From: Promethearchaeota archaeon
Lineage (GTDB): Archaea > Asgardarchaeota > Lokiarchaeia > Sigyniarchaeales > SOKP01
NCBI GenBank assembly: GCA_048939995.1
Contig: JBHLOY010000012.1
Span: 1 to 64,000 of the forward strand
Direction: 5' to 3'
DNA: 64,000 nucleotides
Position 1 is the stretch's first letter; each line of letters opens with the position of its first letter. The position numbers and the translations under genes were made by a program. Below are positions 40,291-48,896 of this stretch, piece after piece. The notes beneath the pieces are model-generated. The model had not been told where the DNA came from, searched no databases, and saw nothing but the letters and a program-made list of their open reading frames with translations.

Positions 40291-41442
40291 ATGAAGGAGG
40301 AGAAATATTTGAAAATTTTAATAACAGGAGCATTTGGCAACGTTGGATTAAGCTCACTAAAAGAGTTACTTAAGAAAAACCATGAAGTAAGAGTAATTGA
40401 AATAAATAGTAAAAAGAATAAAAGATTAGCTAAAAATTTCAAAAATGAAATAGAAATCATATGGGGAGATCTTAGAAATAGTAAGGATGTTGAAAAAGCT
40501 GTAGAAGGGCAAGATTTAGTTATTCATTTAGCCGCTATCATTCCTCCTTTGGCGGACTACCATCCAGAATTAGCAGAAGCCGTGAATGTTGGAGGAACTA
40601 TTAATCTTTTAAATGCAATTAAAAAACAAGATAAACTACCAAAATTAATCTTCACCTCCTCAATTGCAGTATATGGAGATAGAAGAATGAATCCAATGAT
40701 TAGTCTTAAAGATCCTTTAAATCCAAATGAAGGAGACTTTTATGCTTTTACAAAAATATCAGCTGAAAAGGCTATTAGAGAATCTGGAATAGACTTTGCT
40801 ATTTTTAGATTAACTTACATCACCTCAGTCAATAAACTTGATATGGATCCATTAATGTTTCATATGCCCTTAGATACATGCATAGAAATATGTGATTCTA
40901 AAGATGTTGCCTTGGCATTATCTAATGCAATTGAATGTAATCAGATATGGGGTGAAACATTTCACATAGCTGGAGGGGTGCGATGCAGAACTACTTATAG
41001 AGAATACATTAATAAAATGATGGAAATCTTTGGATTGGGGAAAAATTTTTTACCTGAACAAGCTTTTGCTAAGAAAGATTTCCATTGTGGTTATATGGAC
41101 ACCAAAAAGTCCCAATACCTATTAAATTATCAAACTCATACACTAGACGATTATTTTAATGAAGTAAGAGAAAAAGTAGGATCGAAAAAACATTTTATGA
41201 AAATATTTAAAAATGCAATAAAAGTTCTGTTATTGAAAAGCTCAGAACCATACCGTAAGTATAGATTCTTTAAACATAAATTAGGAGCATTCACTGTATC
41301 TGAGAACAAGCTTATAAGGAAGTTATTATCTAGTAACTATGAAAAGATTGATCTCCTTGAACATAGAATTATTCAATTAGAAAATGTAATTCAAAAGTTA
41401 ACTGAAAATGATCCCAAAAATGAAATAATGACAATTAATTGA
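40291..41442 (+). CDS. NAD-dependent epimerase/dehydratase (extended SDR)
   Basis: 'ITGAFGNVG', 'HLAA', 'TSSIAVYG', YAFTK (YxxxK); C-terminal coiled coil. Confidence 0.9.
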   Translation: MKEEKYLKILITGAFGNVGLSSLKELLKKNHEVRVIEINSKKNKRLAKNFKNEIEIIWGDLRNSKDVEKAVEGQDLVIHLAAIIPPLADYHPELAEAVNVGGTINLLNAIKKQDKLPKLIFTSSIAVYGDRRMNPMISLKDPLNPNEGDFYAFTKISAEKAIRESGIDFAIFRLTYITSVNKLDMDPLMFHMPLDTCIEICDSKDVALALSNAIECNQIWGETFHIAGGVRCRTTYREYINKMMEIFGLGKNFLPEQAFAKKDFHCGYMDTKKSQYLLNYQTHTLDDYFNEVREKVGSKKHFMKIFKNAIKVLLLKSSEPYRKYRFFKHKLGAFTVSENKLIRKLLSSNYEKIDLLEHRIIQLENVIQKLTENDPKNEIMTIN

Positions 41443-41464
41443 AGAAGATACCTTAAAGGATTAA

Positions 41465-42133
41465 TTATGGATATAATATAAAGAGATAATTTAAGAGGAT
41501 ACTATAAATGAAATTTGTAGCAAATGCGGTTAACCCTAAAATCCCTACAACCAAAAGATTTTTATGTTTATTTTTAGCTCCGTCAATTATTAATAAAATA
41601 AAAGCATTCAGGTTTACAATAATAAAGCTAAATCTAACAAAATTGTAAATGTTATTTTGTATGATAGGGAAACCGTAAAGTAAACTTATAACTGCTAATA
41701 TACTCTCAACAATCATTACAAAACCATAATAACTCATCCAAAGAATCCCAGCAATCATCGAATATACATTAATCTCTTCCTTATTTCTTTTACCAAAAAC
41801 ATAAAAAAAGACTCCATAAGCAATAAAAAATGGTACAGATGACATTAATTCAAAAATAAGGATATAACTAATTAAAATTAGGGTCTCAAATGCAGTTTCT
41901 GAGTAAGCTTGAACTCCTGGAAGTGCAAAAGGTAATAATTTAAAAATAATTATTAAAATCCCTGCAACCTTTAATAAGTTTGAAGATTGAATTGTTTCCT
42001 TTCGAGATCTATGAACCCTAAATAGGAAAATGGAAATAATAATTGCAAAATTTGCTGAGATTATCGCTGGTACGACAGTATAAAGAAAAATAAATAAATT
42101 AAGATATTGAAAATAGCCAAATATAATCGTCAT
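41465..42133 (-). CDS. multi-pass membrane protein, unknown function
   Basis: About 6 hydrophobic segments. Confidence 0.7.
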   Translation of the reverse strand: MTIIFGYFQYLNLFIFLYTVVPAIISANFAIIISIFLFRVHRSRKETIQSSNLLKVAGILIIIFKLLPFALPGVQAYSETAFETLILISYILIFELMSSVPFFIAYGVFFYVFGKRNKEEINVYSMIAGILWMSYYGFVMIVESILAVISLLYGFPIIQNNIYNFVRFSFIIVNLNAFILLIIDGAKNKHKNLLVVGILGLTAFATNFIYSILLNYLFILYP

Positions 42134-42503
42134 TTAAAATACCTTTTGAACTTGGATTTACTTAATTATAAGAAAATTCGATTAAAAACCTTTTTTATAT
42201 TATGATTAAATCCAATTATTTTTTAGTTTTATATTATTTAATTTCTCAATCAATTAACGTATAGTTTTCAAAATAGGATAAAACTACCTATTTCTTTAAT
42301 TTAACTTTCAGATTTAACTTATAACGCTAAATAACAAATTATTTAAATAAATACAACATAAGAATTAAAATGAGTATAAAAAAAATAAGCTTCTCGATAT
42401 TTAATATATTTTCAATATCAGAAGTTTATCAATATCAGTTTTTAAAAAAGCTAAGTAAAGATATAGACATAATTGTTAATCAAGAGGTGGATGTGTAAAG
42501 AAG

Positions 42504-44447
42504 ATGGAAAAATCTGATACTCAACGGATTGGATACTATGCTTGTCAATGAGGAATAAATATTCGTGGAAAAGTTGATTGCAGTAAGCTAGTGGAATACG
42601 CTAAAGATATAGATGGAGTTGTTGTTTCTAAGCAACACAGCTTCCTCTGCACTGAGAGTGGACAAAACGAAATTATCGAAGATATCAAAGAAAAGAAACT
42701 TAGTTGCATTGTTGTTTCTGCTTGAACTCCACGTACTCATGAACCTGTTTATAGAGGATCGATCGCTAAAACTGATTTAAACCCCTATTACTTTCAAATG
42801 GTAAATGTGCGTGAACATTGTTCTTGGTGCACTGAAAGTAATGAAGAGGCTTTAGAAAAAGCTAAAATTCTAGTAAAGAGTGGTATTGAACGTGGAAAGT
42901 TATTAGAAGTCGTTCCAATTAGAACTGTTCCTGTAGAGAAGGCCACTTTAGTTGTGGGTGGAGGAATAGCAGGTATGAATGCAGCTTTGGACCTTGCAAA
43001 TCAAGGAATTAAAGTATATTTAGTTGATAAAAATACAACCATTGGAGGTCGAATGGCGCAATTAGACAGAACATTTCCTACGGACGACTGTGCTATTTGA
43101 ATTTGCGGGCCTAAGATGCTTGAAGTAAATCGTAATGAAAATATTGAGATTCTTAGTTATTCAGAAGTTAAAAAAGTCGAAGGTTATGTGGGTAATTACG
43201 AAATTACTATTGAAAAGAAGCCTCGATATATAAATCCAGAAACTTGTAACGGATGTGGAGCCTGCGCAGAAGTCTGTCCAACCTACACTACAAATTACTT
43301 TGATGAATATTTAGGAGCAAGGAAAACAATTGATATTGCTTTTGGTCAGGCAGTCCCTTTTCTATATGATGTTAATAGAGATACTTGCGTGGAATGTTTT
43401 AATTGTGTCGATGCTTGTGAGTTAGATGCAATAGATTTCAGCCAAATACCAGAAGAAGTTAAATTTAAAGTTGGAACCATTATCATTGCTACTGGTTGGG
43501 ATATATATGAACCATACGGAGAATACGGCTATGGGGAATATGCCAATGTAATTACCCAATCTCAACTCGAGCGAATGTTGGCTCCAAATGGACCATTAGA
43601 AGGACATGTTCGAAGAATTTCCGATGATAAAAAATTGAATGAGATTGTTTTTATTCAATGTGTTGGAAGTCGAGATACTGAAAGAACTTACTGTAGCGGT
43701 GTCTGTTGCATGCTTGCTTTAAAAAATGGAAAGTTACTTAAGGAAGAATTTCCTGATGCTAATATTACTATTTGTTATATTGACATTAGGACTAATGAGA
43801 AAGGTTTTGAAGAATATTACCAACGAGCTAAGGATTCGGATATTCGAATGATTCGTGGTAAAGTAGGTGAGATTTCAGAAGATCCAGATACAAAAAATGT
43901 TAAGATACGTGTATATTCGTCGTTAACTGATGAAATAATTAACATCGATGCCGATTTAGTGGTTTTGTCAACAGCAGCATTACCATCTAGAGGCACTCAA
44001 CAAATTGCAAAGGTTTTAAATTTAGATACTGATAAAAATGGATTTCTAACTGAATCCCACTTCGGTTTAATGCCACAAGAAACAAAAACTAAGGGTATTT
44101 TTATAGCTGGATTCGCACAAGGACCTAAAGATATCGCATATTCAGTGTCACAAGCAAGAGCAGCTGCGAGTAAAGTTGCCGAACTAACTTCTGCTGGTGA
44201 AATTGATCTCGAATTAATTGTGGCGGAAGTAGATAAAGATTTCTGCATTTCATGTAAAAGGTGTGAAAAGGAATGCCCAAAAGGTGCAATAAAGATTCTA
44301 GACAAAGAGGGAGCTGTTGTAGATGAAATTAATTGTGATGGATGTGGTATATGTGCTTCCTGCTGCCCAACTCGGGCAATTGATATACGATATTACAGAG
44401 ATTATCAGTTATATGCTGAAATTGAAGCACTACTAGGAGGAGATTAA
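42504..44447 (+). CDS. hdrA: heterodisulfide reductase subunit A, selenoprotein with 3 Sec (647 aa)
   Basis: One frame from ATG 42504 with TGA at 42549 (ACQUGINI), 42723 (VSAUTPRTHE) and 43098 (DDCAIUICGPKM); the paralog has CHCGINI, ASCTPRTHE and DCSLCILAPKM. Joins track ORFs 42798-43100 and 43116-44447. Confidence 0.93.
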
Positions 44448-44451
44448 ACAA

Positions 44452-44892
44452 ATGGAGAAAAATTTTAATATATTAATGTTTGCTTGCTTAAAGTGAGGTT
44501 ATAGTGCTGCTGATTTAGCTGGTGTCTCTCGTTTAAAGTATACTCCTTCAGTAAAAATCATAAAAGTTAGGTGCACTGGGCGAGTTGACTTAAAGCACAT
44601 TTTATATGCTATTAAATCTGGAGCTGATGGGGTAATGATAGTTGGATGACGACCAGATGAATGTCAATTTAAGAATGGCAATTTTAAAGCTCAAACTCAT
44701 GTCGATTTAGCCAATAGAATATTAGAACGCAGAGGATTTGGAAACCAGAGAGTTAATCAATATTGGTTAAGTGGTGCTGAATCTGAAAAATTAGTTAAAA
44801 GTGTTGAAGATACAATGGAAAAAGTGAGTCGCATGGGTAAAAATCCTATCCACGAAAAAAAAACAAAAAAAGTAAAAAGTGCAGCCTCTTAG
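44452..44892 (+). CDS. mvhD: MvhD/VhuD [2Fe-2S] protein, selenoprotein with 2 Sec (146 aa; absent from ORF track)
   Basis: AGGAGG SD; MEKNFNILMFACLKUGYSAADLAGVSR...CTGRVD...GADGVMIVGURPDEC; TGA at 44494 and 44647 align with CCNWCSY and GCHIGDC of the paralog at 52000. Confidence 0.93.
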
Positions 44893-44932
44893 AATGACTC
44901 TTATAAAAAAATATTCGTTATAAGATGACTAA
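44889..44932 (+). promoter_or_regulatory. eukaryote-like SECIS element
   Basis: UUAG-A-AUGA-C-UCUUAUAA-[AAAAAUAUUCG]-UUAUAAGA-U-GA-CUAA: 4-bp lower stem, tandem G.A k-turn core, perfect 8-bp upper stem, A-rich loop. Confidence 0.85.
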
Positions 44933-45004
44933 CCATGTGTTGGTGTAGAGGTATTTTAATAGAATTAAATTTCAATTGTTAATAAATAAAATAGAAGAAA
45001 AAAT

Positions 45005-46504
45005 ATGGTACAGGTTGTGAATGAGAAATCATTCAGTGGAATTTCTCCAAAAAATTTGCTTGAAGCAACATTTAAGGCGTCCGAAAATTTCCAAATTAGA
45101 GCTTTTTATGAATCAAAAAAGGAGATATTAAACACATCCAAATATACCGAAAGTGAATTTTTTGAAATATATGATGCAATGTTAGATGCGGAAACAGAAA
45201 GAAGGATTGTCTTAGAGAGGCTTAGAGGAAATAAACCATTATTTTTAGAAGAAATAATTAAGCTTATAAAAGAATTTCCTCCTGATAATGTTGTAAGAGA
45301 TGTTATCTATTTAAAAGAACAAGGTTATATCGAGGAACAGGTCGAGATTAAAACTAAATTAGTCATAAAAAAAATAAAAGGAGAAGAAAAAGAAGTAGAA
45401 GAAAAAGAATATTTTTATAGATATCAAGTGAAAAATTTATCAGAGGATTTTGTTGAAAAATATTTTGAACCCGTTTCAATCGTGTTTGAAGCAGAAGTAT
45501 GTTGTCAATGTGGTTGGTGTTCTTCTATATGTCCAGTGAATGCAATAAGTGTGACATCAGATTTGCTTGAAATTGATGAAGACAAATGTATGAAATGTGG
45601 TTTATGTTTTTCGGTGTGTCCTCGTTCATTTTCAATTGATCAAGCCTATAAAACTATCCGGCAATTGGATAAAAAACTTAATTGGTCAGATAAAATTGGA
45701 GGCTATTTTAATGCGTATTCGGGTTCAACAACAAAAGATGCAATAAAAAAGGTGAAACAGGATGGAGGTGTGGTAACCTCATTATTAGAATACTTATTAG
45801 AGAATAAGTTAGTGGATGCCATAATTGCTGTCAAACATTCAAAGGATTTATGGAAACCTGAACCAGTAATCGTCGATAATGTTAAGGATCTTTACATTAC
45901 TGGTGGTACTAAATATGCAAACGCTGCTACATTATCATTCATCGAAGCAGCTAAAAATTATGAAAGAATTGCTGTCGTGGGAGTACCTTGTATGATGAAG
46001 GCAATTGAAAAAGGTATTCTCTTTCCAAGTGGACTCCCTTTCTTCAAAAATATCAAATATACAATTGGATTATTCTGCATGGAATCCTTTCCTTATGAAG
46101 GAGTAGTACAATTAACTAAAGACAAATTTGATAAGGATATTAATGATCTAACAAAAATGAATATTGATAGTGGAAAATTCATTATTAAATTGAAATCTGG
46201 AGAAGAATTGAGTGTAGATTTGAAAGAAATTAAATCATATGCTCGTCATAATTGTCACTATTGTGAAGATTTAACTTCAGATTATGCTGATATTTCTGTT
46301 GGATCAATAGGTTCTCAAGGAGGTTGGTCTTCAGTTGTTACTCGATCTAAAGAAGGAGATGAGATTTATCAAGGTGCTATAGATGCTGGATTGATTGAAT
46401 CTCAAAGTTTAAAAGATGTAAAACCGGGGCTAGGACTTTTGGAACGAATTGCTGGAACAAAACGAAAAAATTGCAAATTGATTGAACTTAAAAGGAGTGA
46501 ATAA
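45005..46504 (+). CDS. FrhB/FdhB-family protein with N-terminal winged-helix-like extension
   Basis: CCQCGWCSSICP, CMKCGLCFSVCP, 'QDGGVVT', 'GTKY', 'GVPC', 'GLFCME', 'ADISVGSIG'. Confidence 0.9.
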   Translation: MVQVVNEKSFSGISPKNLLEATFKASENFQIRAFYESKKEILNTSKYTESEFFEIYDAMLDAETERRIVLERLRGNKPLFLEEIIKLIKEFPPDNVVRDVIYLKEQGYIEEQVEIKTKLVIKKIKGEEKEVEEKEYFYRYQVKNLSEDFVEKYFEPVSIVFEAEVCCQCGWCSSICPVNAISVTSDLLEIDEDKCMKCGLCFSVCPRSFSIDQAYKTIRQLDKKLNWSDKIGGYFNAYSGSTTKDAIKKVKQDGGVVTSLLEYLLENKLVDAIIAVKHSKDLWKPEPVIVDNVKDLYITGGTKYANAATLSFIEAAKNYERIAVVGVPCMMKAIEKGILFPSGLPFFKNIKYTIGLFCMESFPYEGVVQLTKDKFDKDINDLTKMNIDSGKFIIKLKSGEELSVDLKEIKSYARHNCHYCEDLTSDYADISVGSIGSQGGWSSVVTRSKEGDEIYQGAIDAGLIESQSLKDVKPGLGLLERIAGTKRKNCKLIELKRSE

Positions 46505-46505
46505 G

Positions 46506-47618
46506 ATGAGTTCCAAAACTTTTGAGGATTTAATTAAAGAAGTTCATGAAAAGGGTATCTGCCAAGAATGTGGAGGTTGTGTATCCTTTTGTTCCTCAGC
46601 AGAGTATGATGTAATAGGATTAAAGGACCCATACAAGCCTCCTGAATATATTAATAAAGAAAAATGCCTGGAATGTGGAATTTGTTACCATATTTGTCCA
46701 CAAACCCATATCTTAGATGATGATTTAAATGAGATATATAATTTCTCAGACTTTTCAGCAACTCCTATAGGATATTATGAAGATATCTATTCATGTCAAG
46801 CAACAGATCCAGAATTTTTAAAATATGGAACAGATGGAGGAGTTGTTAATTCTATTATTAATTTTCTAATTGAAAAGAAAATGGTTGATGGTGCAATAGT
46901 ATCTAAAACTGATGCTCCATTTTCCAGAGAAGCAACATTTGCTGATAGTAAATACGATCTATTAAAAGCCTCTGGAGCAAAATTAGATATCACCCCACAA
47001 TTAAATGAAATACAAAAGTTTTGCACCTACACTCATTCTATTCCCGAATTAAATCATTATAAGTTTAAAAAATTAGCAATAGTTGGAACTCCATGTCAAA
47101 TTTATACTATCAGGTGTATGCAAGATTTAGGAGTTACTCCTTCAGAAAATGTTGAAATTTGTCTTGGATTATTTTGTTATGAAAACTTTCTATTTGAAAA
47201 ATTTCAAATTGAGAAATTTGAAAAAGATTTTAATATAAGATTTAGAGACATTGTTAAGATAAATATTAAGGAAGATGTGATTTTTAAATTACGGAGTGAG
47301 GCTCCTACAGAAAAAATTGTACATGTTCCTTTTAATCATTTGAATGATTATATGCGTCCAGCTTGTAATGCTTGTGGGGATTTTACTAATATCTTTGCGG
47401 ATATATCATTTGGAGGTTTAGGGTCTCAAGATAAATATACTACTGTAATAACTCGAACTAAAAAAGGAAAAGAAATCTTTTCTAAAGTTGTTAATGAAGG
47501 AGTAATTACTAGCAAAGAATTAGATGCAACTAAAAGAAAGAAAATGCTAGATTCAATTATAGAATATTCGAAATTAAAAGTATTGCGTAAAGAAAAGTTT
47601 ATGCAGAAATTAACATAA
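46506..47618 (+). CDS. FrhB/FdhB-family protein
   Basis: Two ferredoxin motifs, 'TDGGVV', 'GTPCQ', 'GLFCYENF', 'ADISFGGLG'; ATG 46506 follows AGGAGTGA. Confidence 0.9.
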   Translation: MSSKTFEDLIKEVHEKGICQECGGCVSFCSSAEYDVIGLKDPYKPPEYINKEKCLECGICYHICPQTHILDDDLNEIYNFSDFSATPIGYYEDIYSCQATDPEFLKYGTDGGVVNSIINFLIEKKMVDGAIVSKTDAPFSREATFADSKYDLLKASGAKLDITPQLNEIQKFCTYTHSIPELNHYKFKKLAIVGTPCQIYTIRCMQDLGVTPSENVEICLGLFCYENFLFEKFQIEKFEKDFNIRFRDIVKINIKEDVIFKLRSEAPTEKIVHVPFNHLNDYMRPACNACGDFTNIFADISFGGLGSQDKYTTVITRTKKGKEIFSKVVNEGVITSKELDATKRKKMLDSIIEYSKLKVLRKEKFMQKLT

Positions 47619-47621
47619 AAT

Positions 47622-48878
47622 GTGAGAAGTATAACAGAATCGAAAAGAGATATTGAAAGGAAAAAATTCTTTGGTGATACATTAGATTATTTAGATAAAG
47701 TTTACGAATCTAACCTAAGAAATTTATTAAAAAAATGTTATCAATGTGGACGTTGTAGTAGTGTCTGCCAACTAAGCAAAGTTCAAAAATTTCCCCCAAG
47801 TAGGATTATTCAGTTAATCTTGGAAGGATTTGAAGATAAAGTATTGAATTCTGGGGTTTTATGGGATTGCCTTACATGTAACCAATGTTTAAAAGACTGC
47901 CCAGAAAAAATTAATTTCGCAGATATCGTTAGAATTGCACGATATAAAATGAGACACGAAGCTAATCAAAAATCTGACGATTTAGTTGCTCATAAGGGCA
48001 TTTATACTACAATAGCTGAAATTATGAGTAGACCATACATTACACCAGAAAGATCATTAGAATGGATACCAAAAGATTGCGGCGTGTCAGATAAAGGAGA
48101 TATACTTTATTATATTGGATGTTTACCTTTCTATGAATATGAATTTGAAGGTTCAAATAATATTGCTACAAGTACCATAAAACTCTTATGCCAAATTGAA
48201 AAGAAATCAATAGTAGTTTTGAAAGAAGAAAGTTGTTGTGGGCATGATATTTACTGGGGACAGGGCAAATTGAAGACTTTTATCAAATTGGCAAAGAAAA
48301 ATTTAGATAAATTTGAAAAAGCGGGAGTCTCTACAATAATCACCGCATGTGCTGAATGTTATAGAACTCTTAAAATTGATTATTCGAATATTTTTGAGAA
48401 TTTTTCATCTAAGTTTAAAGTAAAGCATATTATTGAATACATTTATGATAAATGGAAACAAAATGAAATAGCATTTAAGGGACCAGTAGAAGAGGATAAA
48501 GATACCACATTTACCTACCATGATCCCTGTAGGTTGAGTAGATTTTTACCTGAGGAGGTGAATTTAACTAAAAAAATTAGAGAAATTTTTAACGAATTAA
48601 TGAAGTTAGGATTCAACTTTAAAGAAATGAAACACAATCAAGAAAATTCTCTTTGTTGTGGAGTAAATTCATGGATGAATTGTAATGAAAAATCTAAAGC
48701 ACTCAGATATAAACGTATGCTAGAGGCAAAATCAGTAGCAACTATAATGGTTACTTCGTGCCCGAAATGTGAGCTACACTTTAAATGTCTTCAAAATGAT
48801 TTTGAAGATATTGCAAGTATTAAAATCTTGGATTTTTCAGAGTTTATTATAAACAATGTTGAGATAATTGGTACCTAA
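47622..48878 (+). CDS. HdrD-like (HdrC + two CCG domains) Fe-S oxidoreductase
   Basis: CYQCGRCSSVC, CLTCNQCLKDCP; 'CCGH..ACAEC' and 'HDPC..CCG..SCPKC'. Confidence 0.9.
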   Translation: MRSITESKRDIERKKFFGDTLDYLDKVYESNLRNLLKKCYQCGRCSSVCQLSKVQKFPPSRIIQLILEGFEDKVLNSGVLWDCLTCNQCLKDCPEKINFADIVRIARYKMRHEANQKSDDLVAHKGIYTTIAEIMSRPYITPERSLEWIPKDCGVSDKGDILYYIGCLPFYEYEFEGSNNIATSTIKLLCQIEKKSIVVLKEESCCGHDIYWGQGKLKTFIKLAKKNLDKFEKAGVSTIITACAECYRTLKIDYSNIFENFSSKFKVKHIIEYIYDKWKQNEIAFKGPVEEDKDTTFTYHDPCRLSRFLPEEVNLTKKIREIFNELMKLGFNFKEMKHNQENSLCCGVNSWMNCNEKSKALRYKRMLEAKSVATIMVTSCPKCELHFKCLQNDFEDIASIKILDFSEFIINNVEIIGT

Positions 48879-48896
48879 AAGGTGAGAGATAACAGA

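Noticed and set aside
19977-40460. Short overlapping ORFs (19977, 21430, 23527, 27472, 27885, 30822, 31641, 32646, 34368, 34857, 35723, 38254, 39509, 39517, 40278)
   Set aside because: Antisense or alternate-frame shadows inside stronger CDSs
42369-42400. Second SECIS-like AUGA...A-run...GA upstream of hdrA
   Set aside because: No convincing helix between AUGA and GA; too weak to call
42504-44892. hdrA/mvhD as pseudogenes or split genes (track ORFs 42798-43100 and 43116-44447)
   Set aside because: All five interruptions are TGA at conserved Cys positions, frames are preserved, and a SECIS-like hairpin follows
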